Shown: positions 1-10,019, numbered from the stretch's first letter. The stretch is DNA of 13,412 nt from Bugula neritina (GCA_964035545.1 CAXIUT010000162.1:1-13412); one strand, 5' to 3'. Notes: a model not told the origin generated them from the letters alone. Made by a program: numbers and translations.

Positions 1-111
1 CCCAACCCCAACCCCAACCCCAACCCCAACCCCAACCCCAACCCCAACCCCAACCCCAACCCCAACCCCAACCCCAACCCCAACCCCAACCCCAACCCCA
101 ACCCCAACCCC
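1..111. repeat. Left telomere (CCCCAA)n
   Basis: Perfect C4A2 hexamer array at the window start, C-strand on +, as expected for a left chromosome end. Confidence 0.98.
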
Positions 112-319
112 TATCAAACTTTAATATTCTTTCAATTTTATTTTATTCAAATAATCGAAGATATATATCATCATAATTTGATAAAAATCATTTATTGTCA
201 GTCTTAAGACAATTTTCTAATTTCTAACTACTATTGAAGTATCTTCTTGTTTTTTTAAAGCTAGAATAGTCAGAAAAGAGCTACAGTCTCAAAACAAAAT
301 GGGAAATAAGAATCAAAAG

Positions 320-402
320 TTAAGTTAGTCTTTATAATCAAAAGCAAGATAGTTTATTCATTACTTATTGCTTCTTGATTTTGATTACAAAGACTAACTT
401 AA
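320..402. repeat. Subtelomeric inverted repeat / hairpin (30-bp arms, 23-nt loop)
   Basis: 320-349 TTAAGTTAGTCTTTATAATCAAAAGCAAGA versus reverse complement of 373-402 TTAAGTTAGTCTTTGTAATCAAAATCAAGA: 28/30 identical. Confidence 0.9.
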
Positions 403-585
403 TCATTGATTATTATTCTTGTCAAGTAGACTATCAGCACTTTCACTAGTTGTACCTAAATCTCAACCTTTTTCTCGAATATAAGTTACAAAAATATTTA
501 TGATAATTTTATTATTTTTATTCATTTAAGTCTAAATCATAAATTAAACTTATAATCATCAAAGATAATATAGAAGTAATGATAT

Positions 586-2093
586 ATGATAAAATAAAAT
601 CGATATTTAAAGACTGACTTATTTATAATTAAAGTCTTAAAAGTGATGATGGCAGAAGATAGAGTTAAGCTGGGAAATAGAATCAGTCATTTTCCTTATA
701 ACTGTATTGGTCTATTAGTATGTTAATAATCATCTACGGGATAAAAATAATATGGAACAGCTTTTCTTATCCATTAAAGATATGCGATCACCTCAGCACA
801 TCTTCTACTTCATTTGAACTAAGATAAAACAGAACTTTTTCCCTACTCTGAAATGTAGTTTTATCCATCAGCTTCAGGAAAAATTAATAGTCTTGCTAGC
901 TCAATCTTAATGGATAAAGGTCCAAGAAAAGTTACTAACTATAGATTTTCTAGCTCTTTTGCACTTTCAAGAAATCAAGTTCAAGTAGGTTTTGATTTTG
1001 CTGTTGTACAACTTTCATAACCTGTTAGACGCGAGCAGTACCTCAAAATTGGTTATCTTAAACACGAATAAATATCACAAATCAAAGGAGCTGGCTATCC
1101 AGGATCGAAAATTATAAATCTAGGATAATAGAACTAGTTTGTTGAAGCTTATGCTGGCGAAGGAAATATAATTTGTCTATAATAAGCTGATAATATAGTT
1201 TATCACTAAGTAGCAACATCCAAAGGTCAAAGCGGTAGTCCTTTAATGACTATTATCAATAAATAAGGAGAATAAATCGTTTTTGGTATTCATAGTGGAG
1301 TAAATACAAAAAATCAATTTAAACAAGGAGTATATTTAACAGAAAAAGTGCTAAGTCAGATTGAAAATTTCATCTGGTAGATGTAAACTCCTACTTTTCC
1401 TATCAGTTACTTCAGTAAAAAAAATGTCCAAAAAATAGATATGATAGATTACATTCAAATGTCAGCAAGTATTAAACCACCTCAACCTATCCAATGTTCT
1501 CAAATGAAAATGATCACCTCCGAACAACCATTTGTTTTCAACTGGGATAAATATTTTCTAAACTAGAATAAAAGAAACGATATTTTAGTTAGAGGAGGAG
1601 TTGTCATCAATAGTAATTGATATTTTATACAGAAGATAAAAAAAAAGATAATAGTCTTATTTGCAGTTACGAACATTTTCCATTCAAAAGAAGTACCTTT
1701 TCAACTATGATCATCAAGTTTCTAAAAGGAAAAGTATCTCTAGGAGTCACTACTTAAGAATATAAGAAAGTCATTTGTCAAAAAGTCAATAACGATATCG
1801 ATTTCCATAAATATTGTCTTTTGAGTTACTAAGCTCAGTTGATTGATACTAGAATTGAAGATAAAGTACTTATCAGAAATGAAGTATCATTTTCCAGTAC
1901 TAATAAATAATTCAACTTATAATAATACAATCTCACTGTGAAAGTAGACTACCCTAACAAAAAAATAACAATCCTCAGATGTAGATAGCCAATACGCTAT
2001 CTATAAATCAATCAATAACTCACAAACAAAAAGTTATACTTTGTATTATTCCTCACAGATTTAGAAGATCAAGTATAAATATTTAAGCAATGA
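586..2093 (+). CDS. Trypsin-like (V8/S1B-type) serine protease with C-terminal SPRY/B30.2-like domain; join(586..1612,1633..2093), ~495 aa
   Basis: With TAR=Glu: EDRVKL..FPYNCIGLL..GTAFLI..ITSAH (His 799-801), FDFAVV (Asp 994-996), GYPG, TSKGQSGSP (Ser 1231-1233), VFGIHSG. A 20-nt intron removes TGA 1618-1620 and opens a beta-rich tail (FNWD..VSLGV..TVKVDY..LYFVLFL..DQVEI) ending at TGA 2091-2093. Start may be 586, 646 or 649. The SPRY call is by eye only. Confidence 0.8.
1613..1632 (+). other. Spliceosomal intron, 20 nt
   Basis: GTAATTGATATTTTATACAG. It contains an in-frame TGA, and its removal joins two long open frames. Confidence 0.8.
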
Positions 2094-2139
2094 TATTTTT
2101 TATCTCATAATTATCTATTTAAGTTAATATGACAAATAA

Positions 2140-3178
2140 TCAAAACTTATTTAACCTTCTAGAAGAATTATACATTGCACGGTCGTATTTATATTGAGTC
2201 CTCTAAGCAAATGAATAATTAGATCCACTATACTTGCTCTACATTGATTCATTGTGGTAATTTTTACCAGAGTTTTTCTTAAAGTTATATCTCTACTTCT
2301 AATAAACAGGAATCTGACTGATATCTGTTTTTATTGGACTTCTAGACTTTGATATTGGATGTTTTAGGTCAGAATAAGATTGAAATGATGGAGTTTTTTC
2401 CTCAGTAATATAGGTTTTGTTGACTCCTTTAATGATTCCCTTAACTTTTGATTCCTCATCATATTTAGTTGATAGCAAATTAGATATCTAATTGTTTTTT
2501 ATACTTGACTAAAATGTTTATTTCTTTTAACTTATCGGCCTATATTCAGCATTCTCTTTAATAGTTACACCTTGAATCTCCAAATACTTTCTTGCCTCTT
2601 CCTTAATATGTTCAAGATCATATTTTTCTACCAAATGTATCGGATAATAAATAATTTGTCTATCTACAGTAAATTATACTTTTGAATAGGAATTGTTTCA
2701 TAACTTTTAACCGTTTTAGGGACCATCACATGCTCAATTTTTACCTCAGGCGTCACTTTTTTAACATAATGTCTCAGATGCTACACAGCATAATAATCTA
2801 ATTTAACTACTTCTTTTGGAACAGTTTATATCTACTTTTTCTCGACATATTCGATCACTTTTTTTGTTTTAGGTATCTTTTCAGTATATTATCGATCGTG
2901 ATATTAAACCTATTTCCTTTAAACTGGATAATAGCTCGTCTGAGACTATACTTTATTTCATATTCAGTACTTTTGCTATTATTCGATAATTCAACTGGCT
3001 CACTCCATTTGATTGATGATGTTATCGGTGTCTGATTGTGATGACTCACTGAATGTTTAGTCTTTGATCTTTGATGAAGGTAGTCTTCATAAGATGAATA
3101 GGATAGAGTTTTTGAAAGAAACTAAGAATTCAAAGTAGAATCCTGTAAATTTTTTATGCTTTAAAGATAGGAACTCAT
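2140..3178 (-). CDS. Epiplasmin-like cortical cytoskeletal protein; complement(join(2140..2659,2680..2950,2971..3178)), ~332 aa
   Basis: Core YYPVERKEVEYHDREYTEKIPKTKKVIEYVEKKEIETVPKEVVKLDYYAVEHLRHYV..PEVKIEHV..IPIQKQIIYYP resembles the ciliate epiplasmin domain (PVER, DYYAVE, QIVHYP motifs). Two 20-nt introns give a 999-nt ATG-to-TGA frame. Confidence 0.82.
2660..2679 (-). other. Spliceosomal intron, 20 nt
   Basis: GTATAATTTACTGTAGATAG on the minus strand; removal restores PIQK-QIIYYP. Confidence 0.8.
2951..2970 (-). other. Spliceosomal intron, 20 nt
   Basis: GTACTGAATATGAAATAAAG on the minus strand; removal links the ATG frame to the epiplasmin core frame. Confidence 0.78.
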
Positions 3179-3244
3179 TCACTTATATTAAAAAGTAATA
3201 TACAATCTTTTGATTTAATGATACTATTTATAACTACTCTATCA

Positions 3245-4399
3245 TCATTTCTACTCCAGTTTTATTCCTTTATTTGATCTGGTTTTAGGCTTTCCTTTGG
3301 CAAAGGGTTTTTTTAAGTATTCATCTACATAGGCATCATAAATAATCTTCAAACATTCATTGTCAGTGATCAATTTAGGCTAAATCAAATTTTTGAACTC
3401 GATCTTTTTATTTTGAACTTAAATAAGAGTATTAGTGCTATTTTTGATAACTAACAAAGGTAAGTCAAACATTTTCTCTTTTTTTAATTCCTCAAGACTA
3501 CTATTTCTGGTAACAAAAAATCTGAAAATATTTTTTTTGTCTTTAAGCTAGTCTAATTTCTTTTTTTTCTGACTGACTCTTTTTTTCAAGTCTTGAAGTT
3601 CTTTATAAGCCTCAGATTTTGATATATCATTATATTCTTTCAATTTTTAATGTTATTAATTCCCAGTTAGAACTAAATATTTTCTTTTTCTTGAAGACAT
3701 GCCCTTTTAAGATTTTGTATAATGATTAAAATATGTTTTTTCAATAACTTTAGCAGCAATCATCACATTAATTGCATCATATAGTCGCCTCTTTACATTT
3801 TTAACAATCATCTTTAAAGATTAATCTTAAACTACTCCATCAAAGTATTTTTAATTCAAAATTTAAATCTTTCTTCTATCTATTTCAGGATAGTTATTTT
3901 CCAAAAGATCATCGCCAAAATCAGTTTGACCCATGATTTAAAACAACAAATGACTTAGCAGTTTTGGAGAAAGGTTTTAGTTCTTAGATATAAGCAACAA
4001 AATGTGTCCAGCTATATCTTTAAGAGTATGTTCTCTTGAATATCTCTTTGTTTTTTTGGTCTTCCTTCGAAAAAGTGGAGTTTCTTCTTACATTTTGATT
4101 TCAGGTGGGTTGAAGTGAAATCTCATCTACTATTTCATCTCTTTGTAGTAAGGGATACGATTTTTCACTATTTTCATGCTGTCCTCTGAAGTTCTGAAGA
4201 ATTCTGGAGGTTAGTGATAGTAAATTTAATTCTCTTAAGGTTCTGCTTTGATGATGAATTCTTAACTTGAAGACTTTTTGGGAGATAGTTCATTCAGAAG
4301 AGGACTGAAGTTGGCTTATATTTCATTCGAGTCAGATGAACTTTCCTGAGCATTTTAGTCGAAATCAGATTGATTGAGCCAGTGACGAGAAGACTTCAT
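3245..4399 (-). CDS. DP-family (E2F dimerisation partner) transcription factor, 384 aa, intronless
   Basis: KNVKRRLYDAINVMIAAKVIEK matches the DP/E2F RRxYDxxNV DNA-binding signature. It is followed by the DP-type coiled coil RVSQKKKKLDELKDKKNIFRFFVTRN, then FDLPLLVI and ITDNECLK. Ends in tandem TGA TGA. Confidence 0.9.
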
Positions 4400-4594
4400 A
4401 TTATATAGATCTCCTATGGAGTTAATTAATATATATTGCTAGTAAACTTATGATACTATTTATATCTTATATTCATTCAATTGATAAAATAAAATATTTA
4501 TTGAAAAATACCCTAATAATCGTGCTATTTTAAGGTCTATCATTTTATAGAAAAAGAATATAGATTTATACTAATAAGAATAGGAAATATCATT

Positions 4595-7500
4595 TCAAGA
4601 TGTAATAAGCCCTTAATTAATGAGTTCTTGCAAGACTATTTTTTATTTAATAAGCAAGTACTCAGGTATCATATGATTGTATATTTTTTTGTAAAACTAA
4701 AATTCTTTTTCAAACCTATTTTTTAATAAAATTTAAAAGAATATGATATGAACAATAACTAGTAAAATAACAGCAATGATCGATGTAGTTATTGCATTGG
4801 TGTTCATTGTTGCAACTCTCTCATTAAACTATTGACCCCAAACCAATATTGCATCTAATACATAAGCTGAAAGAATAGAAACACTTATAGTAATTTCATC
4901 TAACTAACTTTTAGTTAAATTTCTACGACCATTAATATATTAATCAGTCAAAGAATAAGATGTTCTCATATAAGATGCCAAACCAGTTGTAAAAGACTAC
5001 TCAACTATATTTTAACAAGTTTATATACTAACTCCAATATTATCCAATACTTTTGGATTGTAGCGACAAGGATTGCCAAAGAAATAGTTTTTTCTAGTCT
5101 GATGATAGATAGAATCTTCCTCTTACCCTGTTATATACTAAAATTAACCAACCATTTTCATAGATATTAGAACATCAGCATATTTAGACGGGTTAAAATT
5201 CCAAGTATCATTCGGATAAGTCATTGTATATGATTTTTACATACAACCCAGACCCACAACTGTCTCAGCAGGAAAATATTTCAAAAAACTAAATCCATCT
5301 TTTTAAAATTCTTGAAGATTTTGAGTTTAAAAGATATTCTGAAGTTTAGTTTATGCTGCTATACCTATTATAAGAAAAATAGCCACTATAACGAGAATAA
5401 TAATTCTAATTTAAAGAAAAAGAAACTTTTTATCGTCAATAAATTCTTTAGCTCTATTATATAGATTAGTTTATTAGATTTTTTCCTCTTTAATGTCTAA
5501 TTGTCGAAATTACCTCTCAGTACCAGTTACTTACTTTGCTTCAGGATAGGTAATCATATTTAGTTTTTTATATTGATAGAATAATCTTTTATAAAACAAG
5601 TATATTTTCTTCAATAAGTTGTTTTTCACTTCAGTAAGTACCTTCATTATCACTTTAGGTCTTGCTAAAAATTTTACTACTCGATATAATATAAAAGCTA
5701 AGAAAAACAAAACTATAACAGATACTCCGAGAAAAGAGTAAAGTTAAACTAAATAGATATCTTCTAAAAGTTCAAGAAATTATTGATGAAAAGCTATTTT
5801 AGTTGAATTTATTAAGTTATCATACGATGGTTTGATATAGGAGTTAAAAACTTTAAAATCTTGTTAATTCCGATCAATAGGTAAATGTTTAAGAGTCATT
5901 ATCGTTGAAATTATTTCAAAAAAAAGGTCTACCTGATCATAACTTAGATTATGATTGGCTACATTTGATTAATATGGATAGTATTTCTTCGGGAAATTAA
6001 GCTAAGGATCAAAAAGTATTGTAATAACTCTAGATTTTCCAATAATTTAGTTAATATTTCTACTAAGTTATGTTATTTAATTTTATACTTGAGTCTGATT
6101 TCCAATATTAAGTATATTTTTATAGTAATTACTACCTAGAATCATCGGAATTCGATAAGTAGTCATAAATAATTTATACTTCTAACCATACTAAATGGTA
6201 TCAATAAGAGAACTTTTGACTTTTAACTCTGTAAAGATAATAAAAATAATCATAAGTAAAGTTAGTAATCTACAAGTCCATTTAATGATATAAATTTAAT
6301 TATCTTCCTGTTTTAAAGATAAAGTTTCTTGTTTAATAAAAATATTATCTTAAACTTTAGTATATCTATAGATAGCGCCTTCAGCTACAATCTAGTTATT
6401 ATCATTAGAGAAACATGAAGAGTTTCTACTATAATTAAAAGAATTATTTTGTTAATTTTTTACTAAATTTGCTCCTTAGATAAAAGAATCATGATTTCTC
6501 TCATAAAAATTATCTTATTAATCGCTATCAAATTAGTTTATTTTCAATAAACCTACATATTCAAGCTCATTTTCGAAATTAATAATAATTTTATAGTATT
6601 TAACTATCTATACTTCTTTTTTTGCTTTAGTCAATAATTTTGTCTATCTGATTTGGTATTATTTATCACAGTTAATAAACCCTTTTTTTAGCCATTCTCT
6701 CATCTTCTCATCATGAATATCTCTTATTTAATCCGGCATAAGCATCTCTATAGAACAACCTATCAACTCATTGGTTTAATATCCTGTCAATTCTTAAACA
6801 TTTGAACTACATTTTTTAATATTAAAGCTATTATGACTCTAAGTTACATGAAAGTAAAAAGATTGATTATGGAAGATGATATTAGTATCGAAATAACGAT
6901 CTTTTCTAAACTATTTATTGTCTATTATGTATGGATTATCTATTTTACTTAGACTATTTTTACATTATATTACTCTTTAAGCTTCTTTTCTTGAAAGTCT
7001 TTTATTATTTAAAAATAATTCAGACAAAAGATAAATAAAGCACCAATAATTATTAATCGGAAAGTACATCTTTAAATATTACCATTATTTATTGATCTTA
7101 TCAACAATTTAAAAATTTTATTCAAGCTTTTCCCTTAAATATTGTCTATTTATTTAATTCTTTTGCAAATATTACCAAATATGAACTGATTTGTTTAGAT
7201 TACTCTGTATATATCTCATTATCAAAGTAAATCTTTCTTCTGCCTAAAGGACAGACTCAATATCCATTTTAGACTCATAAAGTTGTTTGTTGAAGATTTT
7301 TCTTTTTTATTTAAGAAGTTCAAAGATGGTTTATACTTTTATTTTTTCAAAAAAATCAAAATTTTTGTATTTAAAAAGAGAATATATCTCACAGGCAAGG
7401 TGCTAGTTATTAAGTTAGTTATAAATAAATTCCAGATAATTGAGTATAAGTTCAGTATCAGAAGATTCTTAATTGAGGTTAGATTAGTAAAGACACTTGA

Positions 7501-8662
7501 TAAAGAGTCTAAGTCTAAGATTATTATCTTTTAAGCCACTATTAATATTCAAAGATTCTGACTAATTATACCAATATTATTAATTTCCATTGGTAAAACA
7601 ACGAATATTCTAACATTTATCTTTTTAATGTATCTTTAATAAACCAGCAATCAACACCATTGTTTGACTATTTTTAGTTTTATCACAACAATTTTCATCC
7701 AAATACATCATATATTCCAATGTTTTTATCATATTAGCACTAAACACTGTTTTCTTACAAATCAATTGAATTTTACAAATCGAATCGAAAAAGTATAAAA
7801 GTATTCCCACTGATATTATCAACTCTACAAAGAGAGTTGTAGTTGAATATTTTTTGCTTGAAAATTTCGAAGAGAGCAATATTATAGTTGTTGAAATATA
7901 AAGTGCTGAAAAAATATTCAATAATCGATTTGGAAATACATGAAGATGAGTTTTGTAGCCAACTTTTATGAACCAAATGAGATATATTGAGCAAAGTAAT
8001 ATTATCAGATAAATAATGATATCTGACCTTACTTTGATATAAATTGCGTTAAGCAAATAAGCCATTATAGTGAATAGATTGAGGATAATCGTTGTTGATA
8101 TTTTGCAGTTATAGGAACTATCTTTTAGATTGATAAAGTTTTAAAGAAAAGCTGCATTGAAGAGTTGTATGAAGGCTGATACCAGGAAGAAGGCTATGTT
8201 TTAATTAAGGTTTATGAAGACTAAAAGAGCTGATAAACTCAATATTACTTTATTCGAAATATATTAACTATGAAGAAAGTTAAAAGCCTTCGAATAGAGC
8301 CAACCTTGAGATTGAGGGTTAATTAACACATAGAACAAAGAAATTGATTTGCTTATTAGAATTATTCCTGTTAGAATTTGTAGAATTCTCACAATAATTA
8401 TCTGATTCAAAATACTTTCGAAAAAACCTTCAAAAGTTATCAACTCGAAGGAAATAGCTATGATTACTATAGTCTATAGTGCCAAGATGTTTGCAGAGAG
8501 TTCACTGATCAACATATACAGTGAATTCGTTCTTGTATTTTAGATCTTTTTAACTACTTCTACGCCCAGACAAACTAAAGTCTTTGAAAATTTATAACTT
8601 TGTTTTATATTATTAGGTTCCTAAGAGCTATGGCTTGCTGTCTCTTCTATTTTTTCATTCAT
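4595..8662 (-). CDS. Large multi-pass membrane protein with PAS domain (ciliate PAS S-box / TmcB-like family), 1355 aa, intronless
   Basis: 4068-nt frame with no TGA. N-terminal cluster of hydrophobic helices, H..C..C motif, helical region, PAS motif ELTGYETNELIGCSIEMLMPDEIRDIHD (~6700-6800), then four further TM segments and a terminal MIPEYLL motif. Confidence 0.85.
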
Positions 8663-8832
8663 TTTTCGATATTTAAATTTAAATGCTAAAAGTAATAAGT
8701 CAAAAATTAGTAAAAATATTTAAATCACTTTAGCCTTATTTATTAATAAAAAATTATCTCATCCTTCTCATATGATTCAATATGGATTATTATTACGATA
8801 ATTCCTTCTTATAAATAATAATAATAAAAATA
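8663..8832. promoter_or_regulatory. 170-nt AT-rich divergent intergenic region (putative bidirectional promoter)
   Basis: Lies between the head-to-head ATGs at 8662(-) and 8833(+); positional inference only. Confidence 0.45.
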
Positions 8833-9711
8833 ATGAATATCACTGGGAGAATATAAACACCCACTCGGATACTTAATCATCCAACCAATGACTCTCCTTC
8901 TAAATATCAATGGAGTTTTTCTAAATCGTCAAGATTTCCTGATAAAAAAACATTCACAAATATACTCAGTTATAACATCGGATCAACTAAAAATAAAAGA
9001 AAAGCAGGGTTCGGATATGGTCATCGTTCAACTTTTTTCAATGGACAAAATTTAGGAATTCCACCTCCAACTAAATATTAACTTAACTCATCTTTCTAGA
9101 ACAAAAAAACAAAAGGATTTTCCTTTGGAAATAATAGAAATAACCTTAAATTCGCTAATTATCTTAAACAACACTAAAAAACTCCAACTTCAAGCTTTTT
9201 TTCTTAAAATCAAGTAAAATCTTCAAAAGCATATTCACTTAGACTTAAAACTACCTACCCAAACAATTGTAAACCCGAAATAATATAGATTTTTTACCTA
9301 GTAATGAGTAAATATAGAGAATAAAATAAAAACCAGGTCCAGGAAGATATTAAACTATTGATAATGTAGGAGGGGGAAAATAATTTTGTAATTCTAAATT
9401 TAAAAGTCAAAAACAAAAGACTTTCCATGGAGGATAAAGATTTTATAAATGTAAATAATAAAATATCTTTAGAAAAGAGAACTCCTGGACCCGGATAATA
9501 TGCTATCGATAAATCAATTGAACCTGATGGTTCGTGTTGCTTATCAACGATGAGAAGTAATGGAAGAAGAAAGGTTTTAGATGGAAAAAGATAATTGTAA
9601 ATGAAAGGTAATAAATATACTCCAGGCCCTGGCTAATATCAAAAACCAAGTGATTTTGGACATTATAATAAACCAGCAGCTTCGATGAGACCTAAAACAG
9701 CAAGAAATTGA
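8833..9711 (+). CDS. SHIPPO-1/ODF3-like PGPG-repeat ciliary protein; join(8833..9268,9289..9450,9473..9711), ~278 aa
   Basis: Repeats PPPTKY, KPGPGRY, TPGPGEY (twice), plus WSFSKSSRF, GFGYGHR, GFSFG and terminal PSDFGHY. Two tiny introns give an 837-nt frame. Confidence 0.88.
9269..9288 (+). other. Spliceosomal intron, 20 nt
   Basis: GTAAACCCGAAATAATATAG; required to reach the PGPG frame. Confidence 0.78.
9451..9472 (+). other. Spliceosomal intron, 22 nt
   Basis: GTAAATAATAAAATATCTTTAG; required to reach TPGPGEY. Confidence 0.82.
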
Positions 9712-9779
9712 ATAAGAAATGAATATCAATCTTTTATCTATCATAATTTCAAATAAATATTAAGAAATACTTGAATTTA

Positions 9780-9879
9780 GGGGTTGGGGTTGGGGTTGGG
9801 GTTGGGGTTGGGGTTGGGGTTGGGGTTGGGGTTGGGGTTGGGGTTGGGGTTGGGGTTGGGGTTGGGGTTGGGGTTGGGG
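9780..9879. repeat. Telomere tract (GGGGTT)n, right end of the first minichromosome
   Basis: 100-nt perfect G4T2 array starting 68 nt after the stop codon of the last gene. Confidence 0.97.
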
Positions 9880-9948
9880 ATAATTATATATTCAAACTTA
9901 TAATTTAATGAACAAATAAACTGACATTTCATTTTAAATATTGAATTA

Positions 9949-10019
9949 GGGGTTGGGGTTGGGGTTGGGGTTGGGGTTGGGGTTGGGGTTGGGGTTGGGG
10001 TTGGGGTTGGGGTTGGGTT
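9949..10019. repeat. Second internal telomere tract (GGGGTT)n
   Basis: ~70-nt G4T2 array, same orientation, ending in a degenerate GGGTTTG that runs into coding-like sequence. Confidence 0.96.

Noticed and set aside
271-540. Possible small spliced minus-strand ORF across the hairpin region
   Set aside because: It needs an assumed intron and yields ~80 aa with no recognisable features.
2855-3049. ORF-track 64-aa minus-strand ORF
   Set aside because: It is part of epiplasmin exon 1 read through the unspliced 2951-2970 intron into the wrong frame.
5143-5158. TAACCAACCATTTT resembling the Tetrahymena chromosome breakage sequence
   Set aside because: Several mismatches, and it lies inside an intact CDS far from any end.
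7283-7534. ORF-track 83-aa plus-strand ORF
   Set aside because: Antisense shadow of the PAS membrane gene; low-complexity F/K/I text.
7625-8065. ORF-track 146-aa and 73-aa minus-strand ORFs as standalone genes
   Set aside because: The first is an internal in-frame slice of the 4595-8662 CDS cut at a sense TAA. The second is an out-of-frame overlap.
9780-10019. Repeat-spacer-repeat pattern as a CRISPR array or telomerase RNA gene
   Set aside because: The repeats are simple telomeric hexamers with no cas genes. The TGTCA in the stub (minus strand) is not adjacent to a single template copy.
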